Assembly (NCBI RefSeq): GCF_036588685.1
Contig: NC_086380.1
Location: 74,896,001 to 74,960,000, forward strand
DNA length: 64,000 nt
Reading direction: 5' to 3'
Source: Mytilus trossulus
Lineage: Eukaryota
In this document: one piece after another, positions 38,101 to 51,070 of the stretch
How positions within the stretch are numbered: the stretch's first letter is position 1
Layout: each line of letters opens with the position of its first letter
Notes under the pieces: model-generated
The model's database searches: none
The model's input: the letters and a program-made list of their open reading frames with translations, nothing else
What the model was told of the DNA's origin: nothing
Program-made: the position numbers and the translations under genes

Positions 38101-41100
38101 ATGCTACTTGGAATGGTGTTAAGTTCAATTTGGTATGATAATTTGTTGTTCCATCAAAAAAATGATTCTTTTCTATCAACGTGTTGCTAAATATAGACAC
38201 GTTTCGTATAGACGAAGGATGATACGAATTGATGAACAACATATTAAGCATCTGCTTGTTGTTTGACAATACAGCTATATATACTGAAGAAAGTTCTTCA
38301 AATTGAAATTCATGGCTCAAAGAATAGTGGTACATTTTAAAGCTTGAACTACAATCTGCATTTCTATTCAACAAAACACTCACTATCTCCTCATTATCTA
38401 GCAAACACGCCAAATGAATTGGCAATATATTTTCCATTTTTTCTATAGAGGTTTTTCCTAGGAGATTTTGAACACCCTGTCCATGAACATCATTTGAAAC
38501 GTTTAGAGTGGCATTTGCATCTAGTAGAATGAGAACAATATTTAGATTCTGCTTGGAAATAGCAATGAGAAGCGGTGTTTCGCCAAACGCATTTGTACTA
38601 TTTACGTTTGTATTAGCCGTTGTTAAGTTATATAGAAGTTCTTCGTCCTCCATCCTGCAAGCAAAGTGAATTACAGTATCTATGGCGTTAATTGAATATC
38701 CTACTTGAAAGTAACAAAGCATGTCTTTCAATACAGATCTCATAGATATGTAAAATTGTTCTAAAAATGACGTATTTATCTGCCAGAACTGCAGTAAAAT
38801 GTCATAAGGTTTAAGTTCATACAAAACCGATAAGACATTGTCATGTGAATATGAACAAGCTAAAAATAACGCATTTGCACCAGACGCCGTTGTGGCATTA
38901 ACGTTTGCATTTCCTTCGATTAACAATCTCACAATTTTAAAGTGGCCATTTGTGATTGCCAAATGAAGCGGTGTGAGCTTGTCAGAATTTGACTTACCTT
39001 CTGGTTTTATATTTTTACAACTTAATAAAAATTTAACTACCTCTTTATTACCTGCAGCACACGCAATGTGTATGGCCGTATGACCGTCTTTATTGCGTTT
39101 TTTATTAACATTCAGGCCTAATTCATATAAGAAATGCATACATTCTTCAGTACTACTTTCTGCAGCCTGAAACCACCCTTCGTATAAAACGCTGATGGTC
39201 GTTGTTATGTCTTTGAAATAGGAATCGATGAAGATACTTATAAGAGATATTTTTGATTGTCTGCAAGCCCAAATAAATTCGTTTTCAACTGACTGCTGGT
39301 GTACCGACGTAATATTCAAAATATAAACTATGTCACTAAGTTTTCCATGCAAACAAATAAGGTGAAATAATGAAGAATGATTATTAATATCTGCCCCAAG
39401 CTTTAATAAAAGTTTCCAAATTTCTACATTATTCGTTTTTAGACTTGTGTGCAACAGTGTCTCACCATTGAAAATAACCTTATTGATCTCAATTTCATTA
39501 TGATGTTCAAGTATAAGTTTCATTAGATCATAATGTCCTCTTTTACAGGCAAGATATAAGAAGAAATCGCGTTCGTGTTTGCAAACGTTCAAATCGGCAT
39601 TGTTGTTTAGAAGGCGTCGCACCATATCTATGTTCCCATCTTCAAAAGCAAAATAAAGTGCTGTTTCACCACTATAATGGCAGTAATTGACATCTGCGTT
39701 GTACTGCAATAATAAATCTACAATGTCAGGGTGATTAAGTTTACAGGCCATTATCAACAAACTTTCAGTATTCCCTAATACAAAATCCACATTTGCATCT
39801 TTTTGCAATAACATTTTTGCAATTTTAACATTATTATTCATGCAAAGATGGTAGAGGGGACTATAACAATCATACGAGTTTATATTCACGTTAGCATTAT
39901 TTTCAAGAAGTTTACATGTAATTTTGTCATAATTAAGACAACAGCTTATATAGAGAGGTGTTTTGCGATCAACATTATAGACGTTCGTGCTTGCCGATTT
40001 TTCAAGCAGAAACGAAACTATGTCTTCTTCTCCATCTTTGCATGCCTTAAACAACAATGTTTCTTGTTGTAGTCCGTATATGTTATCGATATCGGCACCC
40101 TTCAGAATAAGAATTTCTAATATATTTTTATTTCTGTTATTATATGCAATAGAAAGCGGTGACATTCCTGAGATATTTTTCGTATCTATATATTTTTCAT
40201 AATAATATTCTTCATCAATAAAACTATTTTCAGTAAATTGAAAAAGGAGCAGTAAGCATTCTGCATTATCTTTCATGCATGCTATGTGAAATGAATTGTC
40301 GCCATCATTATTTGTAAGCGACGGGTTTCCGCCATTTCTTATCAAAAATTCAATTATTTGTGTGCACTCATTTCTAGTAGCTATATGAATTGGAGTTTCA
40401 CAATCCATAGCTCGGCAATTCACTTCGGCTTTATGTGACACCAGCAAATCCACTACTTCTGCATGGTTGGCCTCGCATGCATAATGAATCGCAGCTTTAT
40501 TTTTGTAAATGATAGATAAATCTTCAATGATGTTTACAAGAGTTCCAACGGTTTGTAGATCGCCTGTATAGCAGCTATTGACAAAGGTTTCCAACATTTT
40601 GTTAAAATGGTCTGTGTCTATCTGGAGTCCTAAATCTTTTAAGTCTCGTATTATACTGATATGATTGAACTCATACAAAATGTTTTCAACTGATGTTTTA
40701 TATATTGTTTCTTTATATTTGAAATCATGTGAATCCTTAACTTTTCGGTTGAAGCAAGCCATTAATGTGTTTGATATTTCGCAAGTTTCAAATATAACAG
40801 ACCCATATTCAAATAGCTTTTTCAAAATAGTCCAGTGACTACTAAAACATGCAATCTGAATTGGCGAAAGCATAAATTTCTGCTCTTGATTTGGAATTAT
40901 GTCAAACTCATCTAGTAAACCATGGATACACATAACCTGCTCTGTGTTAAGTTCAACTAAACTCTCCGTATAGTAAGGACCGTAATCAGTATTGTTTTGT
41001 AATAAAATCTCAACAATGTCATCATTTCCTATTAAACAAGCTATGTGGAGAGGAAGAACATTGTGAATAATACTGCATTTAGCATGGCTACTTGGAGATA

Positions 41101-43935
41101 CTTCATGCCTTTCAGCACTCTTGATTGTTTTACTTAACACTTTAAGTACCATTGGACTTATAGAACATTTCACATAAGAATTTGCCTTGCTATTTAAAAG
41201 CATCTGCACGATATTAATATTATTGCTGATGCTTGCTATATGCAATGGTGATAATGGAAATGTAGGTATATCAAACTGTTTATATGCGATTTTTTCTACA
41301 ATATCCACTATGTTACCACATTGGAATACGGCATTGCATATATCGTCAATGTCAGTAAACGTGTTTACGTTAGACCTGTTGTTCAACAGAAGGTCGACCA
41401 TTTTCTCGTCTTCAAAGATACAGGCCAGAGCTAGTGGAAAACTTCCCGAATGAAAACAGATGTTAGGATCTGCACCATTGTTTAGCAGAAGCCTCATTAT
41501 GTCTATGTTTTGTTCTAAACAGGCTATTTCTAAGGGAGTGACATAACAGTTATGCCATTGTCCAACTTTTTCCAATAAGTCATCTACATATTTAGTAGTT
41601 CTAATTGCATATACGGTATTAACAGTTAATTCTACACTTTTATTAATATCAGTGCTAACAGAACTGTGTAGAAGAAGTGAGCACATCTCATAATTATTTA
41701 AAAGGCATCCTATATGAAGGGGTAATGGTAAAATTGTTGACTGATTTGAATCTACTATTTTAGCACCTTTAGTGATCAACAGTTTTACTAAGTCACAGTT
41801 TGAACTGAGGCATGCAAGCTGAATTACTGTCTCGCCTTTCGTCGTACAAGTATTTACATTTGCCTGATTTTCTATTAATAAATTTGCAATATCTAGGTCA
41901 CCGTTTAAACACGCTATGTGAAGTGCGGTTTTTCCTGAATCCATGAACTCGTTGATTTCTGTGTGACGACTTTTTATTAAAATTTCAACAAGATTTTTAT
42001 CATTTTCTTTAAGAGCATATTCAATTATTGAATGCATTTCATCTTTTGAAATAACATTCCGCAGAAGACTGACTAATACCTCACTGTTATCTCGTTGAAG
42101 AACATTTAGAGGTGTCAGTCCAGTTTTTCCTGACCGAGCCATAAGGTCGGCCCTCTTAGCAACAAGCATATTCATTATATTGTAGAACGATGTAGAACAA
42201 GTTATATGTAAAGGCGTTTCACCATCTGAAGAACACTCGTTAGAATTTGCTCCGTTTTCTAATAATAGTTCGACGATTTTCTCATAACCACTGCTGCAAG
42301 CTTGATGGAGAGCAGTAATACCTCTACTGTCTTGTTTATTTATGTCTGCCCCGAATTCTATTAATAATTTGGCAATTTCCAAATTTCCTTTTTCACTAGC
42401 AAGCAATAAAGGTATTAAACGCCTACCACTACACAGATTTGGGTCTGCTCGATTCTCCAAAAGATGTTTTACAACTTGTATTTTTCCAGACATGCATGCT
42501 CCAAATAATGCAGTAAATCCTCTTGATCTATAAGAATTTACACTTGCACCTTTCTTCAACAATAAGTTGACTAACTTTTCATTCTCATACTTGCACGCAG
42601 TATGTAATGGGGTCATTCCTATGTCGTCATATTTATCTATATTTACACCTTTTTCTATACAGAATAAAGCAAAATCGATGTAGCCACGTTTGGATACGAG
42701 ATGAAGGAGATCGATCCCAAAGTATGATAGTTTCATTATTCTAAATATTTCTTCAGAATCAAAATCTTTACAAAATGCAAGGAATTGTGCTCTGTATGTT
42801 GTGTCATTCATTTGTTTGCAATCAAAAATATCAAGGAAATTATCATCATTTGACTCCTTTAATAATCGTTCAAAAAAGAAAATCTCAAAACTACTTGGTA
42901 CGAAAAATTGATAGTGTTGCCGACTTTCATCTAAGCACTCAAGACCAAATTTATCACAAAGCATTGATACTTTACAATGCTTGATAATGCATTTCAAGAA
43001 TGTTTTAGCCATAAAGGTGAATGTCATTTCAAATAACCTTTCATTTGTAAATCGGTAAGAATTGTCTTCGAACATTAAATAAACTCCAATCAATGTGTCT
43101 AAATGATCTTTGATTAGTTTTCTTGAAGTTCCTCGTGTTTCACCGCATTCCTCAAGTATATTATCTAATGTATTACGATCGCTTAAATCTATGTCATCAT
43201 TAAGCAATGTATTATCAAAATTATTGTTAAATATAGTCACAAGAAGTAAAGCACACAAATTTAGTTTCTCCCTACTTTTCATCTGTTGCAACTCTTTTTC
43301 AAAAACACTAACTGGATTAACTAAAAAGGTTAACGCTCTACTAGACTCCCATGTTTTGGACATTCGGCATAATAAAGGAAAGCAATCATAGGCTTGGATA
43401 CATTCATCAGATAATTCCTTTATTACCTCTTCGGATAAATATTTTGATGCAATCAAACGTTTTTCAGATATTGTAAAGTCACTGGTCAGTATATTAATTT
43501 GGCACTTTCTCAACAGTTGCAATGACTCAAATTCTTTACTTTGAAATATTTGTAACCTACAATTACACAATATTTTTATATTTTTCCCAAATATACAATT
43601 TGCAATGTCGTCCGAATATCTTTCCCAGTCTTCGATCTCGCTGTGTAATAAATGAGTCTTTCCGCAGACATCGTCAAAAACAAATATAGTTTTCGCATTT
43701 TGCGAGACAAACTGTAAAATATCGAACGGTTTTCTGACAGGCAAAACATCATATCCTTTAGATTGCAATTTTAATGCTACATGCTTTGTTGTAAACGATT
43801 TACCTACTCCAGAATTACCTGTGATGGTCAAAACAGCTTCAGTTTCAAAATATTTTAATATTTTGTTTGACTGTTCTGTTGAAACAAATTTCGAATCCTC
43901 TTGCTTCCACCTTGAAATTTCGTTGTGGTACAGAG
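35159..43935 (-). CDS. Terminal 8777-nt exon of a giant STAND NTPase (nSTAND3-like) plus ankyrin-repeat protein
   Basis: Uninterrupted ORF with Walker A GNSGVGKS, Walker B IFVFDD, CRLQIF sensor-like motif and FPLLC (GxP-like), then dozens of ankyrin repeats (e.g. GMTPLHTAC...LLLKKGASVN). Acceptor ttttatttatttattAG|CT lies at 43937-43936. Confidence 0.93.
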
Positions 43936-46004
43936 CTAATAAATAAATAAAAATTGTAAGTGACTTGATGTATCTGAAACATATTGAATAGTAAGTTATA
44001 ATGTGCAAATTCAGCATTTAAAAACAGCCTGCTTGAGTGTAAAGTCTTTAAAGCAATATGTGTTGTCTGGTGGACTATTTCAACGATTTAATCATGAGGA
44101 TTACGAAATCACCTACAATAGGATATACAAAACAAAATATAGCAATACAAAATCAACGATATCACAATTTTTTACACAACATCTGATCAAACTTTCAATC
44201 ATTGATAGTCAAAAATTTCGCGTCTATGAGACATGTTTTTTGTGTAAAAAAAAATATGATAATTATTAGTATGTATAATTCCGATGTATTTTGATTTAAA
44301 AGCAACATTGTATTTTTCTTTCTTTTAAGAAACGTATCCCCAGTAGTTATTACTAATCACCCGGTATATAAAATAAAACACGTCCACTAATCAGGTATTA
44401 ACTGTAGAAGTCTGTTTATACACTGTTTCCAATTTTATTCGATTTTAAACAATTATAATTCTATAAGTCTATAGAAAGTAAGAGTTATATCCACACATTG
44501 CTTAACTTCACACTACTAGTATGTCGATACAATACTTTCCACATACAGTGCAACCGGGTGTTAAATCTTTAGATGTTGGTTTTTGTTTTCCCTTAATATG
44601 TAACTGTTGAAATCAATCAGGGTTGAGGTTTTCAGCTTGAAGTTTTCATTAGAATTTACTGTAGAGGGAACATAGTTTTTTTTTTAAATTCGACAAATAA
44701 CCTTTTTTTTAAATAAAGAAAAAAATGTTGTTTTATTCTTTGTTTAATCTATATTATTTGTTGATTGGTCTGTCTTTAGTTATATATTTTTATTTTGATA
44801 TTTTTATTCATTTTTTTTAATAATTTATGTACGTTGTTTTTGTTTCTTATTCTTTAAATTTCTTCTTGGTAATAACCTCGAGTATAAACAAGGATTTCTA
44901 TTACATCTTTGGTAGAAATGAAAAATTGAAGATAAGTTTTTGACTTGCATTTAAAACGTTTCAACAGAAAATCCTTAAAATAATAAGTAATTATTGTAAA
45001 TGATGTAAATTGTATTAAATTGTTAGTTTAAATGATGAAATTATTTATTATTAGTTATAACTTATAATCATGCAAATGATATGTTTAAACAGTTTAAAGG
45101 AACTATGAAGCAAGTGATTTAACAAGCTTTTTTTAACAATATTTCAATAAATTTTGATAAAAAGTTGTACAAGCTGTGCAGGGAAATACAAATATCATTA
45201 TACAATTTAAGAAAAACTATTTTTGTTTCAAAACAGGAGTTGTGCATGAAGAATTACTTTAATTTTTCAAATATCCACCTAGTTATCAATATTCGATAAA
45301 TGCTCATTAAATATGTTTAAAATGCTAATCATTATGAAAATATTCTTCTCTCAGAAAAATATGAATTTTATGAAGAAGAAAAAATTAATGAAAAGAATTG
45401 TATTGCTTTTTGAAACAGTTGTAAACTTTAAGTTTGACCAAGGATACAAATCCATTGTTTGATACATATCTGTCAGTTAAGAGCTAAAATCAGAAAAAAA
45501 ATAGAGTACACTTATAGATTGTGATAATTTTTTACAAGAATGTTTCACTCGACCCATGCATTTTAGATAAAGTTATGAGTTGCTGGGGCTTGAATGAATG
45601 CAGACTCTTTGAAGTCCTTGACTTAAAAATGAATTTACAGAAAAAATATAGATATTTCTGAAAATATAATAGAAATTTATGATGTGAACTTAACTGTAAA
45701 CTTAATTGTTTCATTTCGGAAAGAATAGTGGTCATAATGTAGGCAAAGAAACTAGTTGATAATAGAAAATTCCAAAGGAGAATAGAAAATGTAAACGGTA
45801 CCACGAGCTGGATAATGAGGAACACTTCTTCCTTGATTGTAAAATTAGAAAAAATAACTTAGATATAATTTATTTCAAAATTGTTTACCTTCACATAATA
45901 ATGTCTCTTTAATACTCATGTTATTCAAGAACACAAAGTAAAGGAAATGCTAAACATCTGTATAAACATGGAACATGTTTGAAATATTGGCTCATTAGAA
46001 CTGA

Positions 46005-46588
46005 AGGGAGATCCCCTGTCTACAGCCACGTCCTATTTGAAAAAAGTCTGAAAGATTTCCTCTCTGAATGACTGCAAATGAGATATTATTATAAAATACT
46101 TTAACCCAGTTGATAATAGATTCACTAAAATTAAAAAATTGCAAAACTGACAACAAAAAGTCCCAAGATAGAGAATCAAATGCTTTTTCAAAATCAATTA
46201 AAAGCAAGAAACCTGGAGAATTGTGTTCTTCTGTATATTGTAAAAGATCGTAAATCAATCTGATGTTATCCCCAATAAAACGCCCACGTATAAAGCCAGT
46301 TTGATTTAAATCCATCAGTTTGTCTAAAACTTTTTTAAATCTACTAGCAATAACCCCTGAACCAATTTTGTATACAGTATTAAGTTAGGAGATTGGTCTC
46401 CAACTTTTGAGTAAATGCATTGGTTTAATGTCTTTTGGTAGGCATGTAATGATTCCCTGCCTTTGAGTCACTGATAAAGGTCCCAAATTTGACCAATAAT
46501 TCAAAGATTTAACAAAAGCTTTCAAATCCTTCCAGAAAAAATCTGTTGAAAAACCATCTAACCCTGGTGATTTATTATTATTCATTTT
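46005..46588 (-). mobile_element. Inverted 5' segment of an L1/Tx1-clade LINE (RT N-terminal half)
   Basis: KSPGLDGF...WRPIS...QTGFIRGRFIGDNIR...IDFEKAFDSLSW...GCRQG, from ORFs 46385-46627 and 45995-46315. Confidence 0.88.
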
Positions 46589-49327
46589 GGCAATTAGAAT
46601 ACGAGGGAATAAAAATATTACTGGCATAACTGTGGCTAGGATAGATCATGAGATATCATAGTATGCAAATGAAACTTCACTTATTTTAGATGGAAGTGAA
46701 CACTCCTAAAATCAAACTTTAAATGAATTAGATTGGTATGCAAACCTCTCAGGGCTTAATATATTTTTTCTAAAACACAGGTAGTTTGGATTGGGAGTAA
46801 AAGATACTGCAGTGACAAACTTTGTCCAAACATAAATTTATCCTGGGGTGCAACATCTTTTAAGTTATTGGGTATTAATTTTGACGTAGATCTTCATAAA
46901 ATTATTAACATCAATTATAGTGAGAGAGTTTTGCAGATAAAAAATCTAATCAACATATGGTCAAAAGGAAATCTTACAGTAATTGGCAAAATTACAGTTG
47001 TGAAAACTCTGATTTTACCTGTCCTTAATAACCTTATACTTACATTGCCAAACCAAAATCAAGAACCTGTGAAAAAGATTAATGAGCTATTTTTTACATT
47101 TATTTGGAATTCAGTCAAGAAAGAGCTGTTACAAAAGGATTACAGTGAAGGTGGATTGAAAATGACCAATCTAAATTCCTTCATCATAGCACTCAAATCT
47201 ACATGGGTTAGAAAACTTTTCAATCTAACAATAAATGGAAAAATGTTTTATTTTCCATAATAAATCAAGAAAAAATATTTAAGTTTGGAAATAGTTATCT
47301 GTCAAACATTAAAAAGTAAAGATGAAAAAATAAATCTTGGCAGGATGTATTGCATTCATGGGACATTATTGTTGATAAAGAAGAAAAGAATATGTGGGAA
47401 TATTTTTTGTCAAGTCCACTGTGAATGAATAATTGTATAAAAATAGAAAATAAACCTGTATTTTATAAAAACTGGTTTAATAAAGGTATATTTTTCATTA
47501 ATGGCATTGTATCAGATGCTGGAAAAATTTTCAGTTTAGAACAGTTAGAAGCAACATTTAAATTTGATAGAAATATTATGAAATATAACAGCATAATTTC
47601 TGCTGTAAAGTATGCAAGAAAGGGATATGTTTTTGGTAATTATAAACTAGTCACATCCTTTATTCCTTCATTTGCCAAGATATTTTTTAAAAGCTTAAGG
47701 GGAACTAAAGACATGTATTCACTGTTAATTAAAATTAATATAGTTTCAACGGGCCAGAAAAAATGGGATCAAATTGTAAAGGAAGATGAAGAGGAATGGA
47801 ACTCTAAAATTTTCAAATTACCTTTTTTTAAAGTCACAAAAAATACCAAACTGCAGTGGTTGCAATATAGAATTAATCAACATATTTTAGGTACAAATAA
47901 ATTTTTGAATAAAGTTAAGGTCACTGACAACCCAAATTGTACTTTTTGCCAAGAAGAAGTAGGAACTATTGTACATTTATTTTGGAATTGTGAGATTGTT
48001 CAAACATTCATTGATGAAATTGACTCATGGTTATTGTCAAATGGTATAAGTGTTCCATTTACCATAAAATATTTTCTATTTGGGGATATTACAAAATCAT
48101 TTAAGGGGGTTCGCGGGTCTAAATCATTTATAAAAAAATTCTCTATATTTTTTCTACAAATGAACTTTATCTTATAGTTAATAGAAAAATAAAATATAAA
48201 AGTGGGGTCACCGTTCATTTGCGCTCACAATCTGCTTTCGAAAGAGACATACTTTTTTGTAAAAGTTTTTTTTTCTGTTGAAGTAATAGGAAAAATAAAG
48301 TTAATATCGAAATAAAAAAATAAATTTATTACAGTAATCGCTCAAATTTTACAATGATTTAGTTTAAGTACAGCTTATATGTAAATTATATTAAAAAATA
48401 TAGGTCACCGATGAGTTGAAAAAGATATTTCAATTTTGAAGCAACACAATTGCATTGTTTCACCAAAGGGAGATAATTTGGAATTTTTTCAATGATGTAT
48501 ATATTTTAAAAGTCATCTGGGGCCAACACAAATTAATTGTTTTGAATGATTTTTGTACCTTATGATAAAGTAACAACTAAAAAAGGTAACAAATCAAATT
48601 TGTAATGAAAAACAAATGTTTGATTTTTTTCTAATTTTTTTATACCCTCGAGCTTTCTTAAGGGGAATGCTGCAATTTTGATTTATATGCAGATAAAACA
48701 ATATATTTTCAACTGCAAATATTTTTTAAGAAATCTCTATCAATGCAGGCAGTGCAAAGTAAAATGAAATCTTTATACAACACTGAAACAAAAGTTGGAA
48801 TGCTTTTGCCATTCTTTTTGATAAATGATCAGATATTTTGTTTTACATTGTATATGTGTACATAAATTAGTAGAATTAGAACAAAACACTTTTTATTTCC
48901 TTGAAATTGAATATTTATCTTTCAATTATCTATTAACTTATCTATTTAATTTTGTTTCCTTTTTCCTTTTCCTTTAATCTACAGACATACCTAAAAATAT
49001 ATAGCTTATATATATATATATATTTTATTACTTCAACTACTCACATTATATATTTTTTCATAACCTATGCATTTGTTTTATTAGATAATTATGTTTGATT
49101 ATCTTAATGGTAAACTTCATTTTTTGATATTACTGATATAGTATATAATATTTTCAAATATGGAAAATTGTATGTATAATACTAACAAAAACTAACAGTT
49201 GTATATATATATATATATATGTTATTTACTAATGTTAACGAGGCCGGGATAAGGTACCGGTACTTGATGTTTTAAAACTAACAAATGTACAGATTTCGAT
49301 AAAAAATGATAAATTAAAAAAAAAAAA
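46583..49327 (+). mobile_element. Forward 3' segment of the same L1/Tx1 LINE (degenerate YADD region through zf-RVT and 3' UTR; right end approximate)
   Basis: ILAIRIRGNKNITGI...IS*YANETSL, LTVIGKITVVKTL, GGLKM, LQWLQYRINQHILGTN...CTFC...TIVHLFWNC, and IKQYIFNCK after the MITE. A-run at 49316-49327. Confidence 0.8.
48105..48657. mobile_element. TTAA-specific MITE (Kolobok-like) inserted in the LINE
   Basis: TTAA at 48101-48104 and 48658-48661; imperfect purine-starting TIRs (ggggttcgcgggt / gaaagctcgagggt). Removing it restores the LINE frame TKSFK-GNAAILIYMQIKQYIFNCK. Confidence 0.75.
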
Positions 49328-50379
49328 TCTTATCATATCTTGCTTTAATGAATGTAAAATTTATTTAATAGAGAAATAATGAATTTCCTCAATTTTATCT
49401 AGAAAAAGTCATAAAGACAATCTTAAACATTTGTTAAACAATGTTGAATGTAGATCAGTCTCTCTAAGTATAGACATTTTTGATTTTAGAATTATGAAAA
49501 TTTGCATTCTATTAAAAGATAATATATATTTATTCTCCAATTGTAAAAAAAAATACATGATAGAATTATTTATAAGGTATAACATCAAAACAAACAGTCA
49601 TGAGACAATCTTAAAAAAAACGTTTTTAAACTATATGATCAATAAGGCTTAATATTTAATTTTACATTTTATTTTTGAATTTCCTTGTCATAATCACAGT
49701 AATTAAATTTGTCAATTATCTGATACACTGGTCCTGTTAGTTTTAACACTTCAACCTTTATCCTTGACTTGTTTTTATTTATACATTGTGTATAAATTAA
49801 GCAACAGGGGTATAATGATTGACATGGAGGGCCATCATGACGGACATATTTTTTAAGGCCATCATTAATAAGATAAATTTGCCCAAGACCACAATTAATG
49901 ATCCCGCTTTTCGTTGTCCACGAATATAGTTCCCTTTTTTAAAATTATAGTGTATTTTTTGTTTATCTGTTTTTCTTTCCCTTTCTCATACATTTCTTAG
50001 TTTTTTCTGGGGTGGAAATAAACTTTTGGATGTTTTATTTTAATTGATTTTTGATATGGAATGAATGATTAGGCCAGGTGCAAAAAGGTGATATTTACAG
50101 TTTTCGGAACATCTCTTGACCTGTCCATAGGGGTATGGATGTGTTTTGACTAAATTTCACAAATACAGCAGAGCAATCTTTCTGAATGTTGGATATATTT
50201 CTGGACTATAACTGTTCTTTAAACACACACAAAATTTGACAAAAAGATAAGGTGCATTTTTAATGAAACAAAACGTGATAAAGAACTAATAAAGAACTTA
50301 ATTGTGGTATGTGACCAATTCACAGATAGTACTATACGGTTACCTTAAATAAGTTTGTTGAATATTATTAATATTTTAC

Positions 50380-50596
50380 CTCTAATATTTTGAGGAACTG
50401 TGTCTTGCAAAATGTTTTCCATGTCAATTGTTCTTTTTGTCAAGGCTTCAATCATATTTGCCATTTTATGTGATATTTCATCTTGGGAATGGCGTATATT
50501 CAACAGAATGTCTTGATAGCATCCACTGTCTAAATTGGAACTTTTTAAAGAAAAGCATTCTTGCTGGAAAACAATACCACCAAGTCTTCCCACTGC
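50380..50596 (-). CDS. Upstream coding exon of the STAND-ankyrin gene (HEPN-tail / coiled-coil linker)
   Basis: Polypyrimidine tract then tgtAG|GCA GTG GGA (AVGRLGGIVFQQECFSLKSSNLD...VPQNIR). Donor G|GTAAAA is phase 1 and joins in frame to CT at 43935 (NIR-A-LYHNEISRW). Confidence 0.85.
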
Positions 50597-50696
50597 CTAC
50601 AGTATACAAGAAAAGAAAAATAAACAGTTACCACAGAGATATGTCTCGCAGTTTTGTAAATTTGATTATGCAAATGTTGAAATTATTATTAATAGC

Positions 50697-51070
50697 AAAT
50701 AGAACACACCCGTGACATCGCAGGTCCGTGACTGAATTAAAGTATATAACTATGCGCAAGCCTTATTTTAGTATTGGTATTGTCATCTGATAAAGTCATG
50801 CTGATTATAAGATACACAGTTTTCTCTGCTTTCAAACTCTTTCTGTATGAACCTGTCAACCTCAAACTTATTAATTATTGATAATATTAATTATTGATGA
50901 TATTAATTTTTTTGAAAACAAAAAGTCCTGGAATGGAGTATTTTTAGCAGCATTATCGTCCTATATTAGCTATAAATAAAGCTGAATTATTTGATTCGCT
51001 GTTTTACGTCATGTCCGCTAACAAATTGAAAACTGTACCAGTACACCTTATATTAAGTCCAGATTTTTTG
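50697..51070 (-). mobile_element. Possible non-autonomous Helitron fragment (3' end near 50700)
   Basis: Minus strand ends with hairpin cctgcgatgtcacggg followed by tgtgttCTAT, resembling the Helitron hairpin plus CTRR terminus. Confidence 0.4.

Noticed and set aside
35232-43391. Many short plus-strand ORFs
   Set aside because: They are antisense shadows of the STAND-ankyrin exon and carry no recognisable motifs.
43936-44017. ORF-track start (MLNLHIITYY...) of the 2952-aa protein
   Set aside because: It is a non-ATG start lying in intron sequence upstream of a clear splice acceptor. The frame continues from exon 50380-50596.
45620-45900. LDNEEHFFLDCK peptide as a gene exon
   Set aside because: It looks like a short decayed LINE C-terminal zinc-knuckle remnant and is too degraded to delimit.
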